Assembly (NCBI GenBank): GCA_051859245.1
Contig: JBHYGA010000005.1
Span: 827,537-891,536 of the forward strand
DNA: 64,000 bases
Reading direction: 5' to 3'
From: Gemmatimonadaceae bacterium
GTDB taxonomy: Bacteria > Gemmatimonadota > Gemmatimonadetes > Gemmatimonadales > Gemmatimonadaceae
The notes beneath the pieces are model-generated. The model made no database searches. It saw only the letters and a list, made by a program, of their open reading frames with translations, and had not been told where the DNA came from. Shown here piece after piece: positions 30,884 to 41,126 of the stretch. Position numbers and translations under genes: made by a program. Each line of letters begins with the position of its first letter. The first letter of the stretch is position 1.

Positions 30884-32059
30884 GTGGCCGAACGTCATCT
30901 GTTCACGTCCGAATCCGTCACCGAAGGTCATCCCGACAAGATCGCGGACCAAATCTCCGATGCAGTGCTCGATGCATTGCTGGAGCAGGACTCCGCGGCG
31001 CGCGTCGCGTGCGAAACGCTGGTGACCACCGGACTGGCGGTCATCGCGGGTGAAGTCACCACCACCGCGTACGTGCACTTGCCAGACGTGGTGCGCGAGA
31101 CGATCGCTGCGATTGGCTACACCGATGCGCGGTACGGTTTTGATTCGCACACGTGCGCGGTGATGAGCACGATCGGACGGCAGTCGCCAGACATCGCGCA
31201 GGGCGTGGATACAGGCGGTGCTGGTGATCAGGGCATGATGTTCGGTTACGCGACTGATGAAACGGAAGAGCTGATGCCGCTCCCTATTCAGTTGGCGCAT
31301 GCGCTCACGCGCTCGTTGTCGGAACGTCGCAAGTCGGGTGATCTGCCGTGGCTGCGTCCCGACGGTAAGGCGCAGGTGTCAGTGGTCTACGAAGGGGATC
31401 GTCCGCTGTATGTCGACACGGTGGTCGTCTCCACGCAGCACGATGAATCCATTGCGACCACCAAGCTGCGCAAGGCGATTCTCGCCGACGTCATTCATGA
31501 CACCATTCCCGAGCAGTATCGTCCCAAGCGACTCACCTCGCACATCAATCCCACCGGCCGGTTTGTGATTGGTGGTCCGCAGGGTGATGCGGGTCTCACG
31601 GGCCGCAAGATTATTGTGGACACGTACGGCGGAATGGGACGCCACGGCGGCGGCGCGTTCAGTGGCAAGGATCCGAGCAAGGTGGATCGTTCCGCCGCGT
31701 ACGCGGCGCGCTGGGTGGCCAAAAATATTGTTGCGGCCAAGCTTGCACGCCGCTGCGAAGTGCAGTTGGCGTACGCCATCGGTGTCGCGGAACCCGTGTC
31801 GGTGTTCGTTGACACGATGGGCACTGGGACCGTGGGCGATCGTCAGGTGGAAGCGGCAATTCGTGAAGTGTTTGATCTCACACCGCGCGGCATCATCTCC
31901 GATCTCGATTTGCGGAAGCCCATCTATCAGGCTACCGCGGCGTACGGCCACTTCGGGCGCACACCGGAAACGATCGGACGAGGGCGCAACGCCAAAACGC
32001 TCTTCACGTGGGAGCGCACTGATCGCGCGCGGGCGCTGCGTCGGGCTGTTGGCGCGTAA
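30884..32059 (+). CDS. metK: S-adenosylmethionine synthetase
   Basis: [35 protein letters not shown]. Confidence 0.98.
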   Translation: MAERHLFTSESVTEGHPDKIADQISDAVLDALLEQDSAARVACETLVTTGLAVIAGEVTTTAYVHLPDVVRETIAAIGYTDARYGFDSHTCAVMSTIGRQSPDIAQGVDTGGAGDQGMMFGYATDETEELMPLPIQLAHALTRSLSERRKSGDLPWLRPDGKAQVSVVYEGDRPLYVDTVVVSTQHDESIATTKLRKAILADVIHDTIPEQYRPKRLTSHINPTGRFVIGGPQGDAGLTGRKIIVDTYGGMGRHGGGAFSGKDPSKVDRSAAYAARWVAKNIVAAKLARRCEVQLAYAIGVAEPVSVFVDTMGTGTVGDRQVEAAIREVFDLTPRGIISDLDLRKPIYQATAAYGHFGRTPETIGRGRNAKTLFTWERTDRARALRRAVGA

Positions 32060-32095
32060 GCAACCGCGAGTCGCGACGTGCAAGCAGGAGGTGGC

Positions 32096-32635
32096 ATGAC
32101 GGAGGTCACCGTGGCCAGACTCGGCCTCGACAGCACCAGCAATACGTACGTGGTGGTGTTACGCGAGGTGGACGGTAGACGACTGCTACCAATCTGGATT
32201 GGGCAGCCGGAGGCCGAGTCGATTGTGCTGCAAATCAACGGCGTCGTGCGTGAGCGTCCACTCACGCATGATCTGTGCAAGGCCTTGATTGTGGCCCTCG
32301 GAGGCAAGCTGCAGCGCGTCGAGATCACCAAGGTGGTGAAGAGTACGTATTACGCCGAACTGCACATCGCAACGGCCGATGGCCTGGTCATTGTAGATGC
32401 GCGCCCGAGTGACAGTCTGGCCATTGCGCTTCGGCTTGATGCGCCGATTTATGCGGCCGATTCCTTGCTCACCGTCGTTGATGAAGACGATGATGAAGAT
32501 GACGACGACGGGCCGGGTTTTGGCCCGCCCACGCCGATACTGCTGCCCACACCGCGTGGTGAGATGACACCGGAGCAGCTCAAGGCCTATCTTGAACAGC
32601 TGCGTCCCGAAGATTTCGGCAAGTTCACGCCCTGA
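32096..32635 (+). CDS. Bifunctional nuclease family protein (DUF151)
   Basis: LPIWIGQPEA, RPLTHDL, DARPSDSLAIAL; RBS AGGAGG upstream. Confidence 0.9.
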   Translation: MTEVTVARLGLDSTSNTYVVVLREVDGRRLLPIWIGQPEAESIVLQINGVVRERPLTHDLCKALIVALGGKLQRVEITKVVKSTYYAELHIATADGLVIVDARPSDSLAIALRLDAPIYAADSLLTVVDEDDDEDDDDGPGFGPPTPILLPTPRGEMTPEQLKAYLEQLRPEDFGKFTP

Positions 32636-32646
32636 CCCTGCTGCTT

Positions 32647-33858
32647 GTGTCTGCACGTTTGCTGCACACCGTCTCGTATCGCGCGCTGCTCGCTGCGCTG
32701 TGTATTGCCGCGCCATCGTTGCGCGCACAACAACCGGAAGTGCGACGCGTAGAAGGTCGCGTTGTGCGTCCCGCGCCCTTCTTGCAGGGAGACAGCACCG
32801 CCGTTGTCACCGTGCCCGATCAGTGGGTCACGTTGCATCGTGTATCGCCGACTCTGTCGGGGCCGCTTGATTCCATGAAGACTGGCCCCGCCGGCGAGTA
32901 TCGTTTTCGGTATTCGCCCAGCGGTGGTCCCGAGGCGATCTACTTTGTCTCCGCGCAGTACGGCGGCATTGCGTACTTCACGAATCCGCTGCGCGGACTG
33001 GAGACTACCGGCGCCGCCGCGGAAATCGCTGTGTTTGACACGACATCACGCGCGTTCCCGCTCACCGTACGCGGTCGGCATTTGATTGTTGGCTCGCTCG
33101 ATAGCACGGGCTCGCGCACGGTGGTGGAAGTCTTCGAAATCTCGAACGACAGCACGCGCACGCTCATTGCGAACGAAAGTGATGATGCGTCCCCAACGTG
33201 GAGCGTCAGTGTACCGCTCGCGGCCCGCGATGTGAAAGCCGGGCAGGGCGATTTGCCCGCTGACGCTTTTGTACAGGCACCGGGCAAAGTGTCGCTTTTT
33301 GCTGCACTCGCGCCGGGTCTCAAGCAGTTGTCCATTTCGTATTCGGTGAACGAAAAGGACTTTCCGATTGAGTTCGACATTGAAGGTGGCGCAGTCGTAC
33401 TCGAAGTGTTGCTCGAAGAAGCGGAAGCGCGTGTGACTGGTGCAAATATTGTGGCCACGGATCCCGTGGCGCTTGAAGGTCGTCAGTTTCAGCGCTACCT
33501 CGTGCAGGATGTGCGCGCCGGCGAAACGATTGTCGTGACGGCGCCTGGCAGCGGTCTCGGAGGGCGCGGTTTGTATATCACCGTGCTGCTCGGCGCGATT
33601 GGTTTTCTGATGTTGCTGGCGCTGTTGCGCGCCGGTATTCGGAAGCAGCGTCCGTTGGAGTTCACACCACCGCGACCGTCGCTGGTGCCCGAGGTACCAA
33701 CGCCGGAACGTCTGGCGCGGGAGATTGCCGATCTCGACGCTGCGTTCTCCGCGCAGTCGGAGCCCAGTGAAGCGGTGCGACGCGCGTACGAGCGGCGTCG
33801 TGCCGAGTTGGCGGCAGCGCTGCGCGACGAGCTTGCTGGCAGCGGTACTCGCGTGTAA
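32647..33858 (+). CDS. Hypothetical exported protein with C-terminal membrane anchor and short helical tail
   Basis: Signal peptide, beta-rich body, TM segment LYITVLLGAIGFLMLLALL, tail RLAREIADLD..YERRRAEL. Confidence 0.65.
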   Translation: MSARLLHTVSYRALLAALCIAAPSLRAQQPEVRRVEGRVVRPAPFLQGDSTAVVTVPDQWVTLHRVSPTLSGPLDSMKTGPAGEYRFRYSPSGGPEAIYFVSAQYGGIAYFTNPLRGLETTGAAAEIAVFDTTSRAFPLTVRGRHLIVGSLDSTGSRTVVEVFEISNDSTRTLIANESDDASPTWSVSVPLAARDVKAGQGDLPADAFVQAPGKVSLFAALAPGLKQLSISYSVNEKDFPIEFDIEGGAVVLEVLLEEAEARVTGANIVATDPVALEGRQFQRYLVQDVRAGETIVVTAPGSGLGGRGLYITVLLGAIGFLMLLALLRAGIRKQRPLEFTPPRPSLVPEVPTPERLAREIADLDAAFSAQSEPSEAVRRAYERRRAELAAALRDELAGSGTRV

Positions 33859-33867
33859 TGTTTTGGA

Positions 33868-34086
33868 ATGGCGGTCCGGACTCGTGGTCCAATCCGTCTG
33901 ACAATTGATCGTGCGTGCGGGACACGGAAGCCGGTTCAATGCCGGCGCGGCCCCGCCACTGTATCGGGCATGCAGTGATTGCTTCGGCGATCGCTGACAC
34001 GTCTGCTCACCTGGTCACTGTTCGGTGCACGACACCGAATGGGAAGACACGAGCAGCACGGCCCGGAGCCAGGAGACGACCCGCGC
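33868..34086 (+). ncRNA. Cobalamin riboswitch
   Basis: GGAAGCCGGTTCAATGCCGGCGCGGCCCCGCCACTGT, GTCACTG...TGGGAAG and B12 box AGCCAGGAGAC, directly upstream of btu-type transporter genes. Confidence 0.93.
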
Positions 34087-34183
34087 GCGATTTGTACGAA
34101 CACCCTCGAGGGGGGGGCTCGTGCCGCAGGGTACCGTTTGTTGGCGCCGGGTCAGGTGTCATCGCGAGATCCTCCGTGCCCGG

Positions 34184-34221
34184 GCGTCCTTCTCATATTC
34201 TCGAGAGGACGCTTTTTGTTT
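34184..34221 (+). promoter_or_regulatory. Riboswitch expression platform: RBS-sequestering/terminator-like hairpin
   Basis: GCGTCC-TTCTC (34184-) pairs with GAGA-GGACGC (-34212), which contains the GAGGA RBS; it is followed by a U-run containing the TTG start. Confidence 0.65.
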
Positions 34222-35202
34222 ATCGCACGTCGTGCGTTTCAGGGTTGTGCGGCGGTACTCGTGGCGATCGCGGTTGCCACAGGCTGCGCGCGCGACACCG
34301 ATTCCGCTCAGCCAGTAGCCACCGCGCGCGACACAGCCGTTGCGTCTGCGGCGCCGTCTGCGCGCGATCGCACGCTGGCCAGCGATACGAGTCGTACCGA
34401 TGATTTTGGCGAAGTGTTGCCAACAGACGCGCGCTACGCGGAACGCGTTGTCTCGCTCAATCCGGCGTTCACGGAAATTGGTTTTGCGATTGGTGCGGGT
34501 GCACAGTTCGTTGGGCGTACGTCATGGGATGAGCGTCCGGCGGAGGCGCTGGCTGTCACCAACGTGGGCCCGGGCATTCGCCCCAATGTCGAAGCGGTGC
34601 TTGCCACGAGGCCAACGCTCGTCTTGTTGTACGCCACGGCGGAAAACCGCGCGGCCGCGGAGGCGTTCAAGCAAGCCGGTATTCACACGCTCGCGCTGCG
34701 TACCATCACGATTGCCGACTTTCAGCGCGCCGCGCGCGTGATCGGCGTTGCGCTTGGAAAAGAAACGGCCGCAACACAACTGATCGACTCCATCAACACC
34801 ACACTGGCGGCGGTGCGTACGGCGGTTGCCGGCGCGCCACGACCGCGCGTGGTATGGCCATCGTGGGACGCGCCCGTGCTCGTGGTAGCCAACGCGTCGT
34901 ACGAAGCCGAACTGCTGGAGATTGCTGGCGCCGAGAACGTGTTCGCCGATCGCAATGAGTCGGTCGCGGGTGTTACGATCGAAGAGATCGCGCGACGTGA
35001 TCCGGATCTGGTGCTGGCAGGCCCACAGCGAGTGGCGTTGTTGCGAGAGCGTGAACCGTGGCAGGCCATTCGCGCCGTGCGTGAAGGTCAGTTCGTGACG
35101 TTGGACTCGATGCTCGTTGGTCGCCCGGGTGTCACCATCGGCATGGCCGCTGTTTCGATTGCGCGTGCGTTGCACCCTGATCGTGCGAACAGGTTGCCGT
35201 GA
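34216..35202 (+). CDS. btuF: Cobalamin ABC transporter substrate-binding lipoprotein (helical backbone receptor)
   Basis: Lipobox VATGC, ERVVSLNPAFTEI, PNVEAVLATRP, DPDLVL, GRPG; TTG start 6 nt after GAGGA. Confidence 0.82.
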   Translation: MFIARRAFQGCAAVLVAIAVATGCARDTDSAQPVATARDTAVASAAPSARDRTLASDTSRTDDFGEVLPTDARYAERVVSLNPAFTEIGFAIGAGAQFVGRTSWDERPAEALAVTNVGPGIRPNVEAVLATRPTLVLLYATAENRAAAEAFKQAGIHTLALRTITIADFQRAARVIGVALGKETAATQLIDSINTTLAAVRTAVAGAPRPRVVWPSWDAPVLVVANASYEAELLEIAGAENVFADRNESVAGVTIEEIARRDPDLVLAGPQRVALLREREPWQAIRAVREGQFVTLDSMLVGRPGVTIGMAAVSIARALHPDRANRLP

Positions 35203-36176
35203 ACAAACTCGCGCTCCCGATTGGCATTGTGCTCATGTGCGTGGCCATGCTTCTGGCCGTGGGCATCGGCTCCGTGTCGATACCGGTGAGTGATGTGATT
35301 GATGCACTGCTTGGTCGCGGTGAACCGCACATTGTGTCGATCGTGCGCGACTTGCGTGCTCCGCGCGTGCTAATCGCGGCCGTTGCGGGCGCGGCGTTGG
35401 CCATGAGTGGTGCAGCGCTTCAAGGCACGTTGCGCAATCCGCTGGCCGAGCCGTATCTGTTGGGCGTATCTGGTGGGGCGGCGGTTGGTGCGGTTGCGGC
35501 GCTTACGATGGGGTGGGGAACGCCCACCGTGGTGACGCTCGCCGCATTTGGTGGTGCGGCTGTGTCTACGATGCTCGTGGGACTGCTCGCGCGTTACGCT
35601 GGAGGTCGCGCCGAGCCGCGCTTGCTACTGATGGCGGGCGTCGTGGTTGGTGCGTTTTCCAACGCGGTGATTCTCGTGGCGCTGGCCGATGCGCCACCGG
35701 ATCGCATTCGCGGTGCGCTGTGGTGGATGATGGGCTCCACCGCAGACGCCACGTACGGCGCCGTGGTGCGCACGTTCGCCGCGCTTGTGCTGTTGGGTGG
35801 CATTTTGCTGGTGCGCGCGCGTGAACTCGATGTGCTCGCGCTGGGTGAAGAACCCGCCGTTGCGCTCGGCGCGGATGTGGATCGCGCCGCGCGCCGCACA
35901 TTTCTGGTGGCGTCGTGGCTTGCTGCCGCCACCGTGGCCACGATCGGGCTGATCGGATTTGTAGGACTTGTTGTGCCCAATCTTGCTCGCGCGCTCGGTG
36001 CCCGTCGACATCGTGCGATGTTGGTGTTGTCGGCGGTGTACGGTGCGGCACTGCTTGTATCAGCGGATATCCTTGCGCGATCCGTGCGCGCCCCGATTGA
36101 GCTGCCGCTCGGCGCGGTGACGGCGTTGGTTGGCGTGCCGTTCTTCCTCGCGCGTTTGCGGAAGCTGAGTTCATGA
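35199..36176 (+). CDS. btuC: Cobalamin ABC transporter permease (FecCD family)
   Basis: LRAPRV, RNPLAEPYLLGVSGGA, GLIGFVGLVVP, ELPLGAVTALVGVPFF. Confidence 0.88.
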   Translation: MNKLALPIGIVLMCVAMLLAVGIGSVSIPVSDVIDALLGRGEPHIVSIVRDLRAPRVLIAAVAGAALAMSGAALQGTLRNPLAEPYLLGVSGGAAVGAVAALTMGWGTPTVVTLAAFGGAAVSTMLVGLLARYAGGRAEPRLLLMAGVVVGAFSNAVILVALADAPPDRIRGALWWMMGSTADATYGAVVRTFAALVLLGGILLVRARELDVLALGEEPAVALGADVDRAARRTFLVASWLAAATVATIGLIGFVGLVVPNLARALGARRHRAMLVLSAVYGAALLVSADILARSVRAPIELPLGAVTALVGVPFFLARLRKLSS

Positions 36177-37009
36177 GCGGCGAACAGACCCTCGTCGCGG
36201 CAGCGCCGCTCGGTTTTCATGAGCTGAGTGTCACGTATCCGCGTGCCGTCACGCCGGCGCTCCGCGGCGTATCGCTTGCGGTAGACGCCGCCAAGGTGAC
36301 CGCAGTCGTTGGGCCGAACGGCAGCGGCAAGAGTACGATTGTGCGCGCGTTGTTGCGACGCGTGGCGCTTTCGCACGGCACGATCACACTGGGTGGTGAT
36401 GCGATTGGTTCGCTGGATGCGCGGGCGATCGCGCGACGCGTCGCGGTGGTGCCGCAACGGGAAGAAGTACAGCTCGCCTTGCCGGTGCATGAGTTTGTCG
36501 CGCTCGGACGGCACGTGCATCTTGGGGCGTTCACGCCCATGGGCGCGCATGATCGTGCGGCGGTGGCCGACGCGCTCGAGCGTGCCGGCATGGCGCATCT
36601 GGCCGATCGCACAACAGATACGCTCTCAGGTGGTGAGTGGCAGCGCGTGCGTATTGCGCGGGCACTTGCACAGCAGGCGCCGATCATTGTGCTGGACGAG
36701 CCAACCACGTTTCTCGACATCGCACACGAGATGGCGGTGTTTGAGTTGCTCGACGCGCTGGCGAGCGAAGGGCGAGCCGTGTTGGTGATCAGTCACCAAC
36801 TCAATCTGGTGGCCCGGTTTGCATCGCACATTGTGCTGCTGTCGGCAGGCGAAGTGGCGGCGGCTGGCAGTGCGGCAGATGTCATGCGCGGTGATGTGCT
36901 TGAACGTGTGTATGATTGGCCGCTCGTGGTCACGCGTGACCCGGCCGTTGGTGCGCCCGCGCTTGTGCCACTGCGCCGTGGTGTGCGTCGCGGAGGAACG
37001 GGCGGGTGA
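36173..37009 (+). CDS. btuD: Cobalamin ABC transporter ATP-binding protein
   Basis: GPNGSGKST, LSGGEWQR, LDEPT, H-loop. Confidence 0.88.
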   Translation: MSGEQTLVAAAPLGFHELSVTYPRAVTPALRGVSLAVDAAKVTAVVGPNGSGKSTIVRALLRRVALSHGTITLGGDAIGSLDARAIARRVAVVPQREEVQLALPVHEFVALGRHVHLGAFTPMGAHDRAAVADALERAGMAHLADRTTDTLSGGEWQRVRIARALAQQAPIIVLDEPTTFLDIAHEMAVFELLDALASEGRAVLVISHQLNLVARFASHIVLLSAGEVAAAGSAADVMRGDVLERVYDWPLVVTRDPAVGAPALVPLRRGVRRGGTGG

Positions 37010-39201
37010 GCGCCCTCGCATCTCGTCCCTCCACGGCGCGGGTTCACGGGCGAGCTGCACGCGCAACAAGCCTTTGCGCGTGCGTGTGGTTGTTGGTCGT
37101 TGCGCCGAGCCTGCCGGCGCAAGCGGCAATGCGGGCCCAAGCTTCGATGCCGGCGCCATCAGCGATACCGGCGCAGGAATCTCAACGTCGAGTTGTGTGT
37201 GTGCGCGATGCGTCAACGCGCAGCGCGGTTCCGTATGCACGCGTGCGTGATCTGCGCAGCGAGAGCAACGTGTGGTTTACGCCGGTTGATGGTTGCGTGG
37301 TGCTCGGCACACTTGCCAGCTGGCCCGACGGCACGCGAATCTCGGTGTCGCGCATAGGCTACGCGAGACGCGAGTTGTCGCTCGGTGTGACCAATCCATC
37401 GCAGCGCGTTGACACGCTGTTCGTGCAGCTGCAGCCACTCGCCGCCGTGCTGCCATCCAACACAGTTGTTGGTGCGGCACCATTCATGAGCTCCACCGGT
37501 GAACGCAACGCCGTAACGGTGAATACCGATTCGGCGCGCGCCATGGGCGTTGCAACAACTGGGGCGCTCGTGGCGCTGTTGCCGTACACATTTCCGAGAA
37601 GCGCCCGTGGCGACGTGTCATTGTCACTGCGCGGCGCGAGGCGTGAGCAGGTTGCCGTCACACTTGACGGCGTGTCGCTGTCTGATCCCGCGACCGGGTT
37701 GGCCGATCTGGCTGATGTGCCGCTGGTGATGATTGGTTCGGCAACGGTGTCGCCGGGCAGTGATGCACTGCATGTTGGACCGGGCGCGTCGGGCGGTGTG
37801 CTCGCGCTTGCGAGTAGCGCCGCACCGATGGCCACGATGCGCATCAGTGCGTTTAATGATGCGCTTGTTGAGGGCGCATGGGGCGCCAGAATCGGCGGCG
37901 CCCGCCTGCGCGTTGGTGGATCACACCGCACTGCGCAAAACGACTATCCCTTTATCAATACCGCGACAACAACGGGCGTCGCACTCACGGAACGTCGCGT
38001 CAACAATGATGTGCGGCGTTCCAGCGCCATGCTGCAATTCGAAACCGGTCGCACGCAACTGTCTCTCCTGGCGTCGCGTGCGTCCACTGGTTTGGTGGGA
38101 CCAGTCAATGTGCGCGACTACGACAACGACCGATCGCACACCACGCGCATTTTTTCGCGTGGCACGGTGCAGGCTGGTCGTGCACTGCTGTCGGTATCGG
38201 GCCGTGCATTCTCGCTCGCGTATCGTGATCCGGCTCGACCCGAGTTCAACGCGCTGGCCGAAGCAATTGCCGTGGATGCAGACGCGCGCGGTCGCCTGCG
38301 TGGCGCCGTGTTGCATGCCGGGATCGGTGGCGACGCGCTGCGCGCATCACAAAACGTGCGTCAGACACGCGGTCGCGCATTCGCCGCCGTACATGTGGCG
38401 CGTGAAGCGCGTGGCGTGCTGTTCGATGGCGGCGTACGCGCTGATGTGATCAGCGAGAGCGGCGTGCAGCCGGTGTTTTCGCTCACCGCACAGCGCGCCT
38501 GGCAGCATGCGACGGTCGGGGCCCGCGTGGGGCAGGCCGTCCGGGCCCCCACGTTGTACGATCTGTACTTCTCCTCGCCGCAACGCATTACGGTGCGCGC
38601 GCTGCAGCCGGAGCGCGTGGTGCTCGATGCGGAGGTGTTTGCACGCTGGCGTCCGTTGCCGATGCGGAACTGGCGCGCGTCGGCAGACGTGGCGCTGGTC
38701 CGTCGTGACACGCGCAACGCCATTGTGTGGTTTCCCGGCAACTTTGGCTGGAGTCCAGCGAATGTTGGCCGTGAGCAGATGCAGGGGATTGAGACGCGTG
38801 TCGCCGTTGAGCATGCGCGTGCCGCAATCAGCGCGTGGATCACGTCGTACGCGCCAACGCTCGTGTCAGGTGCGCTTCGTATTCCAACGCCGTATGTCCC
38901 GTCCAACGCCGGCGGCGGTAACGCGCGCCTTGTGGTTGGCCCGTTGCATGTGGGCGTGGCCGCGCGCGTGATGGGCGAGCGGCCGTACACCGCGGGACCA
39001 CGTGACCCCGCATTCATGCTCCCCGCCGTCGCGCTGCTCGACGGTTCCGTTAGCGCCCATCACGCGTTCGCTCGCGCGGATGCACTCGTGTCGATCAGTC
39101 TCGACAATCTCACTGACCGTGCCTGGCAGTCCGTGCGCGGTTTTCCGTCGCCGGGCCGAGCGTGGTCCGTCGCACTTACCATTCGTCCCATCGCTCCATG
39201 A
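37006..39201 (+). CDS. btuB: TonB-dependent receptor, probably for cobalamin (BtuB-like)
   Basis: Plug motif SLRGARREQVAVTLDGV, RAPTLYDLY, LQPER, DNLTD...PSPGRAWSVAL; located in the B12 riboswitch operon. Confidence 0.8.
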   Translation: MSALASRPSTARVHGRAARATSLCACVWLLVVAPSLPAQAAMRAQASMPAPSAIPAQESQRRVVCVRDASTRSAVPYARVRDLRSESNVWFTPVDGCVVLGTLASWPDGTRISVSRIGYARRELSLGVTNPSQRVDTLFVQLQPLAAVLPSNTVVGAAPFMSSTGERNAVTVNTDSARAMGVATTGALVALLPYTFPRSARGDVSLSLRGARREQVAVTLDGVSLSDPATGLADLADVPLVMIGSATVSPGSDALHVGPGASGGVLALASSAAPMATMRISAFNDALVEGAWGARIGGARLRVGGSHRTAQNDYPFINTATTTGVALTERRVNNDVRRSSAMLQFETGRTQLSLLASRASTGLVGPVNVRDYDNDRSHTTRIFSRGTVQAGRALLSVSGRAFSLAYRDPARPEFNALAEAIAVDADARGRLRGAVLHAGIGGDALRASQNVRQTRGRAFAAVHVAREARGVLFDGGVRADVISESGVQPVFSLTAQRAWQHATVGARVGQAVRAPTLYDLYFSSPQRITVRALQPERVVLDAEVFARWRPLPMRNWRASADVALVRRDTRNAIVWFPGNFGWSPANVGREQMQGIETRVAVEHARAAISAWITSYAPTLVSGALRIPTPYVPSNAGGGNARLVVGPLHVGVAARVMGERPYTAGPRDPAFMLPAVALLDGSVSAHHAFARADALVSISLDNLTDRAWQSVRGFPSPGRAWSVALTIRPIAP

Positions 39202-40337
39202 AGACCCGCGCCACGTTCGTACGTACCGTTGCCACTGTCACTGCACTATCGCTGCTCACCGCGTGCGGCGACGACGGCAGCACCAATCCGCAGCAGCTCA
39301 CGCCTCGCGGCATTGTTGTGCTCGACGGCTTCATTCAACCCGGACTCACACTGGTTCCGGACTCTGGCAGCAGCACGCAGCGCATCGCCCTCGGCGCTCC
39401 CACCGAGTTCGATGCGGGGTCGTTCTCGTTGCGCAACGATACGGCGCTCGCGGCGTCGAGCCGCGGCGCGGGTGATTTGTTGTATATCGCGCCGCTGCAA
39501 ACGGGCGCCGTGCGTCGCATTCAAATGCCGGCTCGCAGCAATCCAGCGCGCGCGCGACTGCTTGAAGGCACCGGTGGAAGTGCACTGATCGGCGTGCCGC
39601 TTCGCGATAACGGCGCCCTCGCCTTGGTGTCGATTGCGCCGTCGGGTTCATTCACCACGGCGACGATCGGTGACCTTGGTGCGTGTCCCACCGATGTGTT
39701 TCAGTATGGCGGCGACGTCTGGGTCGTCGATGCGAACGCCAGCTGCGCAACCACGTATCGCCCGATCGGTGCGATGCGACTCATTCGTCTTCGCTCGGGG
39801 GGCACGCGTCAGGTTATTCCGCTTGATGCGCTGCGTGGGTCCGACGCGAGTGTGATTGTGCAGGGCAACAACGCGTATATCTCCGCCGGAGGCGACGCAG
39901 ACTTCTCGAGTTTCCCGTATCGCGTTGTTGTTGGTGGTGCGATTGCAAGCGTTGATTTGTCCACGGGCACAGTGCTTGGCGTTCGCACCATGCCAACGGG
40001 AACGTACGGTGCGAGTACGAAGCTCGGACTCGACGGCAAGTTCCACGTATCGCTGTTTGAAGACCTCGAGAATTTCAGAACGCGTACCATCTCGTATTCG
40101 ATTCCCACATTGGTACCCACGGGCACGCGCGTGGCGGGTCGCGATTGGCTAGCGTTGCGCAATGCCGCTGGTGAACAGGTGAGCTGCGGCTCGTCGATGG
40201 CAGACGGACTGGGACGCTTGCACTGCATTGAGAATCGCACCGGATCGGCCACGTTTCTGATGGTGTTTGCACCAGACGGTTCACTGGTGCGCGAAGTTGC
40301 GGCCGGGCAGGGCGGTGTGGATCTGCGGTTCCGGTAG
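39198..40337 (+). CDS. Lipoprotein, predicted beta-propeller-like, last gene of the btu operon
   Basis: Lipobox LLTAC, beta-rich repetitive body with several Cys; ATG overlaps the receptor stop. Confidence 0.7.
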   Translation: MKTRATFVRTVATVTALSLLTACGDDGSTNPQQLTPRGIVVLDGFIQPGLTLVPDSGSSTQRIALGAPTEFDAGSFSLRNDTALAASSRGAGDLLYIAPLQTGAVRRIQMPARSNPARARLLEGTGGSALIGVPLRDNGALALVSIAPSGSFTTATIGDLGACPTDVFQYGGDVWVVDANASCATTYRPIGAMRLIRLRSGGTRQVIPLDALRGSDASVIVQGNNAYISAGGDADFSSFPYRVVVGGAIASVDLSTGTVLGVRTMPTGTYGASTKLGLDGKFHVSLFEDLENFRTRTISYSIPTLVPTGTRVAGRDWLALRNAAGEQVSCGSSMADGLGRLHCIENRTGSATFLMVFAPDGSLVREVAAGQGGVDLRFR

Positions 40338-40373
40338 GCCGTAGCGCGTCTGGCGCGCGAGTAGATTGCACGC

Positions 40374-41126
40374 ATGCCTCTTGTTGCCACCGACGCACTC
40401 GTGCTGCACGTCTTCGACTATCTCGAAACGTCGCGCATTTTTCGGCTGGCCACGCGGGACTTCGGCGTACAATCGGTGCTCGCGCGCGGCGTAAGGCGAT
40501 CGTCCGGCCGATTCGGATCGGCGCTCGACCTCTACTCCGAAGGTGTCGCGCAGCTCGACATGCGTCCCGGGCGAGAGCTGCAAACGCTCACCGGCTTCGA
40601 TGTCGTCAAATCGCGACCTGGGCTGGCCACCGATCTCGCGCGATTCACGGCCGCCGCGTCCCTGTCCGAATGCGTGCAGCGCGTGGTGACCGAGGATCAC
40701 GCGCCGATGGCCTTCGAGATCGCGTCGGCGGCGTTCGACGAACTGTGCGTTGTGCCGGCCGCCGACGTTGTGACGGCGGCGCTGGGGGCGCTCTGGCGTC
40801 TGGTGTCAGAGCTGGGGTTCGCCCCGTCGCTCGACGCGTGCGCGGCCTGCCACCGCCCGATCGACGGGGAAAGCGCTGCCTCGTTCAGTCACGCCGCCGG
40901 TGGGGTGCTGTGTGGCTCCTGCGCGCAGCGAGCGCCCGGCGCGCGACGGTTACCACTAAACGCGCGCCGCGCGATCGAGGCATGGCTGGAGGGCCGCCCG
41001 GTGCCCGTGCTGTCTGATGCCGAGGGCAGGGCCCACCAGCGCCTTCTGAGAGAGTTCCTCGGTCAGCACCTGACCGACGTTCGCACGATGAAGGCATGGA
41101 CTGCCTGGGAGCAGGGGCGCTGGTAG
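40374..41126 (+). CDS. recO: DNA repair protein RecO
   Basis: DYLETSRI..TRDFG..ARGVRR, LGFAPSLDACAAC..GGVLCGSC zinc motif. Confidence 0.93.
   Translation: MPLVATDALVLHVFDYLETSRIFRLATRDFGVQSVLARGVRRSSGRFGSALDLYSEGVAQLDMRPGRELQTLTGFDVVKSRPGLATDLARFTAAASLSECVQRVVTEDHAPMAFEIASAAFDELCVVPAADVVTAALGALWRLVSELGFAPSLDACAACHRPIDGESAASFSHAAGGVLCGSCAQRAPGARRLPLNARRAIEAWLEGRPVPVLSDAEGRAHQRLLREFLGQHLTDVRTMKAWTAWEQGRW

Noticed and set aside
34110..34117. G8 tract as a phase-variation switch
   Set aside because: It lies in the untranslated riboswitch region as part of a CCCTCGAGGG hairpin, not in the true btuF reading frame.
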